Below are positions 20,502-30,395 of a DNA stretch of 64,000 nucleotides, one piece after another. The DNA is from Pedobacter sp. (GTDB taxonomy: Bacteria; Desulfobacterota; Desulfuromonadia; Desulfuromonadales; Syntrophotaleaceae). The stretch covers positions 448,001 to 512,000 of the forward strand of contig JBFWJC010000001.1 of assembly GCA_050253415.1 (NCBI GenBank), written 5' to 3'. The position numbers were made by a program, and so were the translations under genes. The notes beneath the pieces were generated by a model. It saw nothing but the letters and a program-made list of their open reading frames with translations. It had not been told where the DNA came from and ran no database searches. How positions within the stretch are numbered: the first letter of the stretch is position 1; each line of letters opens with the position of its first letter.

Positions 20502-21320
20502 TCAACACTCGATTTCGACAAACTCCATATCGAGAAGGTCGATGGACAAACAGCGCCGGCGCATGGGAGTGCCTTGGTTTAATAGAACTTTGCATACTTC
20601 GGATACTTCAAGGCTGGCTACGACTGCGGGTGTAAAAGACGGATTGCCAAGGTGTTTTTCGAGCCCACTCTCCTGAGAGTTGTGAGAGAAGAACTTCTGC
20701 AGGGTTTGCTCTCCGGGAAACTGTGTCATCAGGTATCCGTACCAGCCGGCAATCGCTCCATGCACCAGGGGGATGTTTAATTCCTGGCAGATTTCAGCGA
20801 GTTCCAATCGTACGGAGATGCTGTCAAGGGCGTCCGCTGCAACATGGCACCCCTCAAGGATCTGTTTTCCGTTTTCTAGCCCAAACGCCAGCCCCACCGG
20901 CAATAGTTCTACCGCTGGATTGACCCGGTCTACTCTTCGGGCGGCGGCCGCTACTTTTCTGATACCCAGAAACTCAGGGGTCGCCAGGAGTTGGCGATTC
21001 ATGTTGTGTTCTTCAAAAACATCGGGGTCTACGGCAACAATGGTTCCGACTCCCAGTCGTGCCAACTCCTCAATGATGTAGCCCCCAAGACCACCGCATC
21101 CGATAACGGCAACTTTGCTGTTATACAGTTTGAGCTGGTCATCCAAGCAGAACATGTTGCGGTTGCGTTGGTATCGTGCCGGGAGTAAGCCATTTTCCAG
21201 AGCCACGCCTTCAACTTCGCGGACGCTGACTTTGAACCGGTTGGCGGCAGACAGTTGATCTGCCCATAGCAGCAGGTCGCCCTTTGCTCGCTCTTTGAGC
21301 CATGTCAGGAGGTCTGGCAT
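20502..21320 (-). CDS. ThiF/MoeB/HesA family adenylyltransferase
   Basis: RYQRN, IGCGGLG, DPDVFEEHNMNRQ, DALD. Confidence 0.88.
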   Translation of the reverse strand: MPDLLTWLKERAKGDLLLWADQLSAANRFKVSVREVEGVALENGLLPARYQRNRNMFCLDDQLKLYNSKVAVIGCGGLGGYIIEELARLGVGTIVAVDPDVFEEHNMNRQLLATPEFLGIRKVAAAARRVDRVNPAVELLPVGLAFGLENGKQILEGCHVAADALDSISVRLELAEICQELNIPLVHGAIAGWYGYLMTQFPGEQTLQKFFSHNSQESGLEKHLGNPSFTPAVVASLEVSEVCKVLLNQGTPMRRRCLSIDLLDMEFVEIEC

Positions 21321-21321
21321 G

Positions 21322-21546
21322 TCAACCTCCGCCTACTTTTGGGAACAGGGAAATCGTTACGCCGGTGTGGAGCACCTGATCGGCTGTAACATGGCGTCCA
21401 TCGATCATGGCGACGCCAAGTTCCGGTTCATCTATCTCAAGTTGTTTCAGTACGTCGGCGATGGTGCTGTTCTCTAGAATTTCGCGTTTTGCCACCTTAA
21501 AGCGATTTTGTCTGAATCCTGCAAAAAGCTTTATGAAAATGGTCAT
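21322..21546 (-). CDS. MoaD/ThiS family sulfur carrier
   Basis: 74 aa, IKLFA start, C-terminal FPKVGGG. Confidence 0.9.
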   Translation of the reverse strand: MTIFIKLFAGFRQNRFKVAKREILENSTIADVLKQLEIDEPELGVAMIDGRHVTADQVLHTGVTISLFPKVGGG

Positions 21547-21757
21547 TTCATTTTCCCTCTCATTTGCGAAAACAGTTCATTCCATTGGTTTCCAACACGG
21601 CATTTGCCTGTCCTTCAGCGTGGATGTCTGCGCGTAAATCCGTACAAGAATCTACCTCTCCAGTCTGTAATATGCAAGTAAAACTCGCACCTTTGGTGTA
21701 GTCAGGGATCTGATCGATGGTGTCTGTCTGTAAACGGAGTGACTCTCGTATCGAAAA

Positions 21758-21785
21758 ACAGGGCATCCCTATACGGATGCCCTGT
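21758..21785 (-). terminator. Terminator after AOR
   Basis: ACAGGGCATCC / GGATGCCCTGT stem followed by TTTT on the minus strand. Confidence 0.7.
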
Positions 21786-21808
21786 AGGATGGGATTTGTT
21801 TGCCGGGT

Positions 21809-23539
21809 TTAGAAATTCCAGAATTCATCGATTTCTTCATCGGTGAAGTCCCAAACGACATTATGTGGCGGAATTGGTTCGTAATTGAAAAACTCCGGCA
21901 ATCTGTCATCTGCGGGGCCGAAACCGGCAGCCGTATTGAAATCGTGTTCCACCTTGAGGATGGTTTTGCCAAGTTCGGTCACGTCGTCCGCAGTAAGGTT
22001 TATGCCGTATGTGGCATTCAGCAGGTCGATCAGGGCGGTAAACGATTCGGGGATATCTAGTGCCGGGAATGCGATGAATACGCACATGCCGGTGCTGTCG
22101 ACGGCAGCTGTGGCGATTTGCAGGTTGCGTGATAATTCAACCTGGCCGACCTTTGTTAACGGATCGATGTATCCGCCCACCTTAAGAATGTTGGTGGCAA
22201 TGGTGTAGCCCGCGGTATGGTCGGCGCCCATGGTCGATGTTGCGTAGGTGATGCCGATCCCTTTTACCGAGCGAGGATCGTAGGCGGGGATCCCCTGGTT
22301 TTTGACCACCGGTACGCGAATCAAGCCATAAGCTCTGCCGACAGAGCCGGTCCCGTTGCCGAGAATACGGCCCAGCGGGGTTCCCTTGCCGATTTCATCG
22401 CGCAAAACGCGCTGGCATTCTTTGCCGTCGCCCCATGGGATGACCCCTGCTTCCATGGCGGTTGCAAGCAATACGGCCCCCTCGATGGAATCGATACCGA
22501 TGTCATCCATCAGGTGGTCACACAGGGCGATATCGTCCAGATCTTCGATCAAGGCGTTGGCGCCAAGCCCCCAGATGGTTTCGTATTCAAAGCCTGAGGT
22601 TATGTACGCGCCTGTTCCGTCCACATAGACTTGGGAGCATTGAATGATGCAGCCGGCGTGGCAGCCATGTTTATGCTTGCCGCCGCGGGAAACGATCGTT
22701 TCGTGCATGGTTTCGCCACTGATTTTTTCGTGGTGATCGCATTGCCCGTAACGGAAGTTTTTGGTGGGGAGTCCGCCAGCTTCGTTGAGGATGTTGATGA
22801 GGATGTTGGTTCCATAGATAGGCAAGCCTTCGCCGCTTACAGGATGATCAAGCAGAGATTTGGCGAAGATTTTTGCAGCGGCACGGAATTTATCCGGATC
22901 TGCAATGGGTACTTTGCCGGCTCCGGTGTCGTCGATGGTAATGCATTTGATTTTTTTGGAACCCATGACAGCACCAAGTCCTCCACGCCCATGGCTTCGG
23001 ATTTTCTGGTCTGGATCCTTGACCGAGATGTTGGCAGCCGCCATGCGCAATTCCCCGGGGACGCCTATTGACAAAACGCCGATTTTAGGTCCAAACGCGT
23101 TTATCATTTCATCAATGACGGCAAAATTCTGTTTTCCTGCGAGATCATCAGCCGGCTCAAAGGAAACGCCATCCAGTGTGACGTGAAGCCTGTACCATTT
23201 ATCTTCGGTAGGAACCCCCTCGATGATGATTGCTTTTATGTCCATGCGCGCCAGCTGTTGTGCAGCAGTTCCGCCGGCATTGCTTTCCTTTATGGTCCCC
23301 GTCAGGGGGCTTTTGGCGCCAGCAGAAAGTCGCCCGGATTGCGCTGCCGGGGTGCCGGTAAGTAGACCGGGGGCGAATACCAGTTTGTTGTTGGGACCAA
23401 GGGGGTGGCAACGGGGCGGCACTTCTGCTGCCACGATCGTGGAGGTTAGCCCTCGGCCACCAAGTCCTGCCCACTGTTCTGGGACGGTTTCGACTTTGGA
23501 TGTTAATTCCGACATGTTGATGCGAAGGATCTTGTTCAT
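21809..23539 (-). CDS. aor: Aldehyde:ferredoxin oxidoreductase (W/Mo-pterin)
   Basis: GGRGL, KSPLTG.IKESNAGG, GRGGLGAVMGSK, CHAGCIIQC, EYET, DDIGID, DRLP. Confidence 0.93.
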   Translation of the reverse strand: MNKILRINMSELTSKVETVPEQWAGLGGRGLTSTIVAAEVPPRCHPLGPNNKLVFAPGLLTGTPAAQSGRLSAGAKSPLTGTIKESNAGGTAAQQLARMDIKAIIIEGVPTEDKWYRLHVTLDGVSFEPADDLAGKQNFAVIDEMINAFGPKIGVLSIGVPGELRMAAANISVKDPDQKIRSHGRGGLGAVMGSKKIKCITIDDTGAGKVPIADPDKFRAAAKIFAKSLLDHPVSGEGLPIYGTNILINILNEAGGLPTKNFRYGQCDHHEKISGETMHETIVSRGGKHKHGCHAGCIIQCSQVYVDGTGAYITSGFEYETIWGLGANALIEDLDDIALCDHLMDDIGIDSIEGAVLLATAMEAGVIPWGDGKECQRVLRDEIGKGTPLGRILGNGTGSVGRAYGLIRVPVVKNQGIPAYDPRSVKGIGITYATSTMGADHTAGYTIATNILKVGGYIDPLTKVGQVELSRNLQIATAAVDSTGMCVFIAFPALDIPESFTALIDLLNATYGINLTADDVTELGKTILKVEHDFNTAAGFGPADDRLPEFFNYEPIPPHNVVWDFTDEEIDEFWNF

Positions 23540-23724
23540 GATGGTTTTCCTTCCAATTTGTTGGTTTGATGCACAAGGTTGATTTACATCCTTTCAAACA
23601 CAAACCCCATAATCGGACATTCTATTGTTTGAATGTCTGATGGCAGAAAAACTTCCAAACCCTCCGTGGTATCGAAAGAAAAGATATCAATAGTTCAATT
23701 ATAGCTTAAAGGTGTTGTCTCGCA

Positions 23725-23762
23725 CAAAAAAAGGAGCAAAAGAGAGATCCTCTGTTGCTCCT
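23725..23762 (-). terminator. Terminator of the tandem adh transcript
   Basis: Minus strand AGGAGCAACAGAG-loop-CTCTTTTGCTCCT followed by TTTTTT. Confidence 0.7.
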
Positions 23763-23838
23763 GAAAACCGTTGTTGGCAGTACACGTTTAGCAAGATCGC
23801 GCCCGCCTTGGGCGGGCGCGAAAAGGGTTGAGCTTGAA

Positions 23839-25011
23839 TTACATGGCAGCCTTGAAGATGCCGATGACCTGGTCCAGCGTAGCAGTACGCGGGTTGGTCA
23901 GCTGGCAAGCGTCTTTCTTGGCGTTTTCTGCCATGACTTTGAAGTCTTCTTCTTTAACATTCAGGTCGGCAAGGCCGGCCGGGATGCCGATGGAAGCGGA
24001 CAGCTCGCGGATGGCTTCGATGCCGGCAGCGGCTGCTTCGGTAACGCTCAAGCCCTCGGTGGGCACGCCCATGAACTTGGCGATGTCAGCGAAACGATCC
24101 GGGCAGGCGATCATGTTGAAGTCGCAAACGGCGGGCAACAGGATGGCGTTACAAACACCGTGGGGCAGGTTGTAGAAGCCGCCCAGCTGGTGAGCCATGG
24201 AGTGAACGTAACCCAGGGAGGCGTTGTTGAAGGCCATGCCGGCCAGGTACTGGGCGTAGCACATTGCGTCGCGAGCTGCGATGTTGGAGCCCAGAGCAAC
24301 GGCAGGACGCAGCCAGTCGGCGATCAGACGGATGGCTTTTTCGGCGCAAGCGTCGGTGATCGGGGTGGCGATGGTGGAAACATAAGCCTCAACGGCGTGG
24401 GTCAGAGCGTCCATGCCGGTAGCGGCGGTCAGTGCGGGGGGCTTGCCCAGCATCAGGATGGGATCGTCAATGGCTACGATCGGAGTAACGCGCCAGTCAA
24501 CGATAGCCATCTTAACATGGGTGTCGGTGTTGGTGATGATGCAGAAACGGGTCATTTCGGACGCGGTACCTGCGGTGGTGTTGATGGCGATGAGAGGAGT
24601 CAAAGGCACGGTGCTCTTGTTGACGCCTTCGTAATCGCGGATGTTACCGCCGCCGGCACATACCAGGCCTATGCCCTTGGCACAGTCATGGGAGGAACCG
24701 CCGCCCAGAGAAACGATAAAGTCGCAACCGTTGTCTACGAACACTTTTTGCCCAGCGGCAACGTTTTGGTCGGTCGGGTTAGGCTCGGCGCCGGGGAAGA
24801 TAACAACTTCAACGCCAGCACCTTTGAGGTATCCGGCGATGGTTTCGGAAACGCCCATCTTGTGAAGGCCTGCGTCGGTCACGATCATTGCTTTTTTAGC
24901 GCCCAGTTCCTTAGCCTTGGGGCCGACTTCTTTAGCACAACCGGGGCCCATAAGGGTAACGCTGGGGATGAAGAAACCGTAAGTAGCATCTGCGAGATTT
25001 ACAACGGGCAT
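23839..25011 (-). CDS. Iron-containing alcohol dehydrogenase, tandem copy 2
   Basis: Fe-ADH motifs; translation identical to 25172..26344. Confidence 0.95.
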   Translation of the reverse strand: MPVVNLADATYGFFIPSVTLMGPGCAKEVGPKAKELGAKKAMIVTDAGLHKMGVSETIAGYLKGAGVEVVIFPGAEPNPTDQNVAAGQKVFVDNGCDFIVSLGGGSSHDCAKGIGLVCAGGGNIRDYEGVNKSTVPLTPLIAINTTAGTASEMTRFCIITNTDTHVKMAIVDWRVTPIVAIDDPILMLGKPPALTAATGMDALTHAVEAYVSTIATPITDACAEKAIRLIADWLRPAVALGSNIAARDAMCYAQYLAGMAFNNASLGYVHSMAHQLGGFYNLPHGVCNAILLPAVCDFNMIACPDRFADIAKFMGVPTEGLSVTEAAAAGIEAIRELSASIGIPAGLADLNVKEEDFKVMAENAKKDACQLTNPRTATLDQVIGIFKAAM

Positions 25012-25171
25012 AATGAATCCTCCTCATAAGATGAGTTTTTCGTGAAAGCCAAACTGCCTTCACATACAAATAGAAAATACCGCTTGAAAATCTTCCTAAC
25101 CTAGATATGCCAACTAACTGGTTTTGCTTTCGCGCCCGCCTTGGGCGGGCGCGAAAAGGGTTGAGCTTGAA

Positions 25172-26344
25172 TTACATGGCAGCCTTGAAGATGCCGATGA
25201 CCTGGTCCAGCGTAGCAGTACGCGGGTTGGTCAGCTGGCAAGCGTCTTTCTTGGCGTTTTCTGCCATGACTTTGAAGTCTTCTTCTTTAACATTCAGGTC
25301 GGCAAGGCCGGCCGGGATGCCGATGGAAGCGGACAGCTCGCGGATGGCTTCGATGCCGGCAGCGGCTGCTTCGGTAACGCTCAAGCCCTCGGTGGGCACG
25401 CCCATGAACTTGGCGATGTCAGCGAAACGATCCGGGCAGGCGATCATGTTGAAGTCGCAAACGGCGGGCAACAGGATGGCGTTACAAACACCGTGGGGCA
25501 GGTTGTAGAAGCCGCCCAGCTGGTGAGCCATGGAGTGAACGTAACCCAGGGAGGCGTTGTTGAAGGCCATGCCGGCCAGGTACTGGGCGTAGCACATTGC
25601 GTCGCGAGCTGCGATGTTGGAGCCCAGAGCAACGGCAGGACGCAGCCAGTCGGCGATCAGACGGATGGCTTTTTCGGCGCAAGCGTCGGTGATCGGGGTG
25701 GCGATGGTGGAAACATAAGCCTCAACGGCGTGGGTCAGAGCGTCCATGCCGGTAGCGGCGGTCAGTGCGGGGGGCTTGCCCAGCATCAGGATGGGATCGT
25801 CAATGGCTACGATCGGAGTAACGCGCCAGTCAACGATAGCCATCTTAACATGGGTGTCGGTGTTGGTGATGATGCAGAAACGGGTCATTTCGGACGCGGT
25901 ACCTGCGGTGGTGTTGATGGCGATGAGAGGAGTCAAAGGCACGGTGCTCTTGTTGACGCCTTCGTAATCGCGGATGTTACCGCCGCCGGCACATACCAGG
26001 CCTATGCCCTTGGCACAGTCATGGGAGGAACCGCCGCCCAGAGAAACGATAAAGTCGCAACCGTTGTCTACGAACACTTTTTGCCCAGCGGCAACGTTTT
26101 GGTCGGTCGGGTTAGGCTCGGCGCCGGGGAAGATAACAACTTCAACGCCAGCACCTTTGAGGTATCCGGCGATGGTTTCGGAAACGCCCATCTTGTGAAG
26201 GCCTGCGTCGGTCACGATCATTGCTTTTTTAGCGCCCAGTTCCTTAGCCTTGGGGCCGACTTCTTTAGCACAACCGGGGCCCATAAGGGTAACGCTGGGG
26301 ATGAAGAAACCGTAAGTAGCATCTGCGAGATTTACAACGGGCAT
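25172..26344 (-). CDS. Iron-containing alcohol dehydrogenase, tandem copy 1
   Basis: Fe-ADH motifs; RBS GAGGAGG. Confidence 0.95.
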   Translation of the reverse strand: MPVVNLADATYGFFIPSVTLMGPGCAKEVGPKAKELGAKKAMIVTDAGLHKMGVSETIAGYLKGAGVEVVIFPGAEPNPTDQNVAAGQKVFVDNGCDFIVSLGGGSSHDCAKGIGLVCAGGGNIRDYEGVNKSTVPLTPLIAINTTAGTASEMTRFCIITNTDTHVKMAIVDWRVTPIVAIDDPILMLGKPPALTAATGMDALTHAVEAYVSTIATPITDACAEKAIRLIADWLRPAVALGSNIAARDAMCYAQYLAGMAFNNASLGYVHSMAHQLGGFYNLPHGVCNAILLPAVCDFNMIACPDRFADIAKFMGVPTEGLSVTEAAAAGIEAIRELSASIGIPAGLADLNVKEEDFKVMAENAKKDACQLTNPRTATLDQVIGIFKAAM

Positions 26345-26590
26345 AATGAATCCTCCTCATAAGATGAGTTTTTCGTGAAAGCCAAACTGCCTTCACATGC
26401 AAATAGAAAAACCGCTTGAAAATCTTCCTAACCTTAACAACCGACTAGCTGAGCTTGCTTGAAAAACAATACCGTCTCGACGGCTCACCTCCTACTACTT
26501 GAACGTGTTGAGTCTTTAGCCTAAAGATAGCAGGTGTTTACGATTTAGCAAAACACCGTTCTTGATTTTTGAGGTGTAGGCATGTGTTTT

Positions 26591-26607
26591 AGCAATTAGG
26601 GTGCCAG
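26591..26607 (-). promoter_or_regulatory. Sigma54 (-24/-12) promoter for the tandem adh genes
   Basis: Minus strand CTGGCACCCTAATTGCT matches TGGCAC-N5-TTGC exactly (GG-N10-GC). Confidence 0.85.
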
Positions 26608-26835
26608 TAGTGTTTACGAGGCGACTTTCAAAAACCAAACGCTGTACTTTTTTGTCTTGTCGGATGTCGTGGGTCGCGCTGGATACGGCACCTTTGACCT
26701 AAAGAATTTTTCCGCAAAAACAAAACATGGTTCGTCTGTGTGTCTCGGGCTTGTGTTTAGTGTGTTGGTTGTCGGTGTTGGGTGGCTCACCTGGGTGTTC
26801 CATGTTGGATTGCTATAGTCCATGTCGGCACTCAA

Positions 26836-26852
26836 TGTTCCAGATTGTTACA
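26836..26852. promoter_or_regulatory. Candidate enhancer site for a sigma54 activator
   Basis: TGTtcCAgatTGttACA dyad about 230 bp upstream of the -24 element; a second TGTTCCA half-site at 26796. Confidence 0.5.
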
Positions 26853-27547
26853 TTGGCTGGTTTTACGTTGTTGCCATGCCCCGGAGCTCTGCCGACATCG
26901 GGCCTGCTTTCACGGGGCTGCGGTTGCTTTATAGTTGAAAAATTATTGGCATTATTCTAACTTACAAGTTCATGCTTGATTTCGAGGATGGCTTAAATCC
27001 GAGAGTTTCGTTCTGCTGCTGATCTCAGTGAAACGCGTGTTGATTATTTAATTGAAAAAGAGCCAAGCCTTCGAACGGTGTTATTTCAGAGATGTACCTT
27101 GTGGCGCAAGCGGCTGCCATTTGACGGTTTCCCCATCCCGGTTTCCTTAAAGGTTATCTGTCTGGTTTGGATTTCAGGATGAAGAGAGTATCGCAACTCA
27201 GGTGGTTTTTCCTTTCTAACGAAAAGATTTCATCTGGATGCTCAAAAACGGCGTGCATCGTGGTGTTTCGTCCAAAAACAAGGTGTTTTTGAATCTCGAA
27301 AATCAGTGTACCAGAGTTTTTTGTTCTTGCAGGGCTTTGAGAAAAAATTAAGTGTAATACAGCGTTTTATAATAAATCCTGGCGGTTTGACTCATGTTTT
27401 ACAAAAATGCGATTTGAATGTCTTTGGTGAGGCGGCGTTCCTACTCGCGACCCTTAGTGAAGCCGTTACATTCAATGCATTGGACTTTGTTTTAATTGAT
27501 TAGGAATTTCCCAGGAGACATCTACGCCTGAAGGAGGCCAATACACT

Positions 27548-28765
27548 ATGCCGAGCTTTTTGGAAGCCAGAAATCAGATTCTTGCCAATGTTCCTTTGCT
27601 TGGCCAGGAACGCGTTCTGATAACCGATGCTGTAGGACGTATTCTGGCTGAGGATATAACCGCATCCTGGGACATGCCTCGCTGGACCAACTCAGCAATG
27701 GATGGATACGCAGTTCGCAGCCAGGACTGCATGCAGCCTGCACGTTTGGAAATTGTCGATTTCATTGCTGCTGGAGGCGCTTCGGATAAAGCGGTTGTGC
27801 CTGGTGTTGCCATTAAAATCATGACCGGTGCCCCGCTTCCGGAAGGTTCCGATGCTGTCGTTCCCGTCGAAGAAGCTACCGCGGATGGGACTTTTGTGCA
27901 GATACTAAAGGCGGTCAAGCCTGGAGCCCATATCCGAAATAGAGGAGAGGATGTTCTCAAAGGGGAATGCATCGTACCGCGCGGGACGCTTCTTCGCCCA
28001 GCTGAAATAGGCATGCTGGCGTCGTACGGGAAAGCCTTTTTGCCGGTCTATCGCAAACCGCGTGTCGCTATCTTGTCCACTGGTGACGAGTTGGTGGAAT
28101 TGGGCGAGCCGCTGCCGGAAAACCGCATTATAAATAGTAATTCCCTGGCGTTGGTGGCTGCCTTGAAAGAAATAGGTGCAGAGCCCGTTATTCTCGGCAT
28201 AGCTCTGGACAATCGTGCCAGTCATATTGAAAAAATAAGCGAAGGCCTGAAAGCCGATGTTTTAATAACCTCAGCCGGGGTCTCCACCGGTGATCGGGAT
28301 TTCGTGCGTGCGGTCCTCGAAGATCTTGGGGCCAAGCCTGTATTCTGGAAAGTCGATATCAAACCCGGTCGCCCCACCACTTTTGCCATGAAGGACGGCA
28401 AGCCGATCTTTTCGCTGCCGGGCAATCCGGTGTCGACCATGGTGACGTTTGAGGAACTGGTCAAACCCGGACTGTTGAAAATGATGGGGCATACCCGCGT
28501 CATTAAGCAGGAAGTGGAGGCCGTCCTGGAGACCGACCTGACAAAAAAACGGCTTGGGGTGCTTAATTTTCAAAGGGTGAATATTACCATTCGCGATGGT
28601 CAATACTTTGCCAGTTGCTCCGGAGATCAGAATACCGGCATACTCAAAACCATGGTTCGGGCCGATGCTCTTGCTCTGTTGCCGGAAGACAAAGATGTTT
28701 TCATGGCGGGTGAGAGGGTTAAAGTCCATATACTCGGCCCGCATGTCACCATGCAAGAAGGCTGA
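27548..28765 (+). CDS. moeA: Molybdopterin molybdotransferase
   Basis: SAMDGYA, IMTGAPLP, STGDEL, IKPGRP, LPGNPVS. Confidence 0.95.
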   Translation: MPSFLEARNQILANVPLLGQERVLITDAVGRILAEDITASWDMPRWTNSAMDGYAVRSQDCMQPARLEIVDFIAAGGASDKAVVPGVAIKIMTGAPLPEGSDAVVPVEEATADGTFVQILKAVKPGAHIRNRGEDVLKGECIVPRGTLLRPAEIGMLASYGKAFLPVYRKPRVAILSTGDELVELGEPLPENRIINSNSLALVAALKEIGAEPVILGIALDNRASHIEKISEGLKADVLITSAGVSTGDRDFVRAVLEDLGAKPVFWKVDIKPGRPTTFAMKDGKPIFSLPGNPVSTMVTFEELVKPGLLKMMGHTRVIKQEVEAVLETDLTKKRLGVLNFQRVNITIRDGQYFASCSGDQNTGILKTMVRADALALLPEDKDVFMAGERVKVHILGPHVTMQEG

Positions 28766-28875
28766 TTCGTCGCCGTATTCGCGTGGAAAGTGTTTTTTTC
28801 TTCGCAAGGCCTTATTTTGGGGGGCTTTCGCTGTCATATCAGACAACAGTGAAAAGGCCCGATGGAAAGTTTCTT

Positions 28876-28903
28876 TTGACTCCAACTGCTGAATTATTAT
28901 ACT
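28876..28903 (+). promoter_or_regulatory. Possible sigma70 promoter for the regulatory adh-kinase-activator operon
   Basis: TTGACT-N16-TATACT. Confidence 0.4.
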
Positions 28904-29174
28904 GTAAACGTTATGTTTTCGTGTTGGTTGACAATGACAACCTGCACAAACTTACTGCCGTACAAAAAAGTCCGCGGCGTAGGCGTTTCCAGTAACTCGG
29001 CAATGCCAAGGCGTATGGTCCCTCTGTGTGGGTATTCTGTCTTTCATTCCGAACCATTTATTGCTGCCTTTGCAGTCCCCAGATGCATCACGGAATAGAT
29101 CGACATGGCTAGTCGCATAAAGGATCGGGATGCCGATCGGATAAGTGATGACCCCTTTATGTAAGGGAGATCCC

Positions 29175-30326
29175 GTGAGTATTCGGAAATTCGTCACACC
29201 GGAAATCATTTTTGGGCAGGGTGCTCTCAGCCAGATAGGTGAAAGTGCTGCCCGCAGTGGTGCGTCCAAAGTATTTGTGGTCACAGACCAGGGACTCATA
29301 GACGCCGGGTGGGTGGATAAGTCCCTTTATTATTTACGTAATGCAGGCCTGGAATACGAAATTTTTTCCGCTATTTCTTCCAATCCGAAAGATTTTGAGG
29401 TTGCGGAAGGGGTAGCGCACTATCTTCGCTCCGGATGCGACGCCCTGGTGGCGGTGGGAGGTGGCAGCCCGGCCGATACGGCCAAGGCCATTGCCACCCT
29501 GGCTACCAACGGGGGAGAGCTGCAGGATTATGAAGGGGTGAATAAGATTCGTCATCCTCTGCCGCCCATGGTGATTGTTCCGAGTACAGCCGGTACCGGG
29601 TCCGAGGTCAGCCAATTCGCTATTATCGTCGATCACCAGCGGCGTTTGAAAATGTCCATCATCTCCAAGTCGCTGATTCCCGATATTGCCATTATCGATC
29701 CCGAATTGCTTAACACCAAATCCGCACGGCTCACTGCCGCTACCGGCATGGATGCCCTGTCCCATGCCATCGAGGCGTATGTCTCCCTGGCTGCGACACC
29801 ACTTACCGACATTCATGCTCTCAATGCCATTCGGTTGATATTCGGCAATTTGAAGAAGTCGGTATACGATCGGCAGGACGCCATCGCCAATGACAATATG
29901 GCCATGGCCAGCTTGAATGCCGGTATCGCTTTTTCCAACGCCATTCTGGGTGCCGGCCATGCCATGACCCACCAGATCGATGGTTTGTTGGATACCCACC
30001 ATGGCGAAACCAATGCCACCTTGTTACCGCATGTCATGCAATTCAATCTCCCCGTTTGTCGGGAAAAGTTCACAGCCATCGCCCGCCAGATAGAGCTCTG
30101 CTCCTCTGAAGCTAAGCGGAACGACGACCTGGCCGAGCAGGCCATTGAGGCGGTCAGTGCGCTTACCAAGGATATCGGTCTGAACAAAAGCTTGTCCGAG
30201 GTTGGTCTGAAGAGGGAAAACATCAAGACCCTTAGCCAGAACGCACTCAACGATGCCTGTCTGGTGACCAATCCCCGTAATGCGACCATGGAAGATATCG
30301 AGAAGTTATTTCTCAAAGCGTTTTAG
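29175..30326 (+). CDS. Divergent iron-containing ADH, ErcA-like putative regulatory/sensory protein
   Basis: RKFVTPEIIFGQG start, GGGS, GMDALSHA, AFSNAILG, HAMTHQ; directly upstream of a kinase; GTG start after AAGGGAG. Confidence 0.82.
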   Translation: MSIRKFVTPEIIFGQGALSQIGESAARSGASKVFVVTDQGLIDAGWVDKSLYYLRNAGLEYEIFSAISSNPKDFEVAEGVAHYLRSGCDALVAVGGGSPADTAKAIATLATNGGELQDYEGVNKIRHPLPPMVIVPSTAGTGSEVSQFAIIVDHQRRLKMSIISKSLIPDIAIIDPELLNTKSARLTAATGMDALSHAIEAYVSLAATPLTDIHALNAIRLIFGNLKKSVYDRQDAIANDNMAMASLNAGIAFSNAILGAGHAMTHQIDGLLDTHHGETNATLLPHVMQFNLPVCREKFTAIARQIELCSSEAKRNDDLAEQAIEAVSALTKDIGLNKSLSEVGLKRENIKTLSQNALNDACLVTNPRNATMEDIEKLFLKAF

Positions 30327-30395
30327 TATAAGAATCCTCCATGATCACCCGTATCTCTTGCCGTGTGTAAATACACTCTATTAATGGCCTGAAAC

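Larger units (their letters stand above)
23797..26434. repeat. Tandem direct repeat of about 1.3 kb (23797-25102 and 25130-26434)
   Basis: Offset 1333 bp; each unit holds the 3' GC hairpin, the adh gene and about 90 bp of 5' UTR; only differences seen are one substitution and one 1-bp indel in the UTR. Confidence 0.95.

Noticed and set aside
21560..21766. 68-aa minus-strand ORF between AOR and MoaD
   Set aside because: Starts inside the terminator hairpin, has no RBS or motif; more likely promoter region of moaD-thiF.
25040..25066. TCGTGAA...TTCACA as a Rex operator in the adh leader
   Set aside because: Half-sites are 12 bp apart rather than 4; better explained as an RNA hairpin.
23755..26362. 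Long plus-strand ORFs (424 aa, 412 aa) antisense to the adh copies, and a 285-aa one at 18888-19745
   Set aside because: Shadow frames expected from strongly biased codon usage; no recognisable motifs or RBS.
26545..26583. 12-codon minus-strand ORF starting near the predicted sigma54 TSS
   Set aside because: Too short to support and the ATG may lie upstream of +1.
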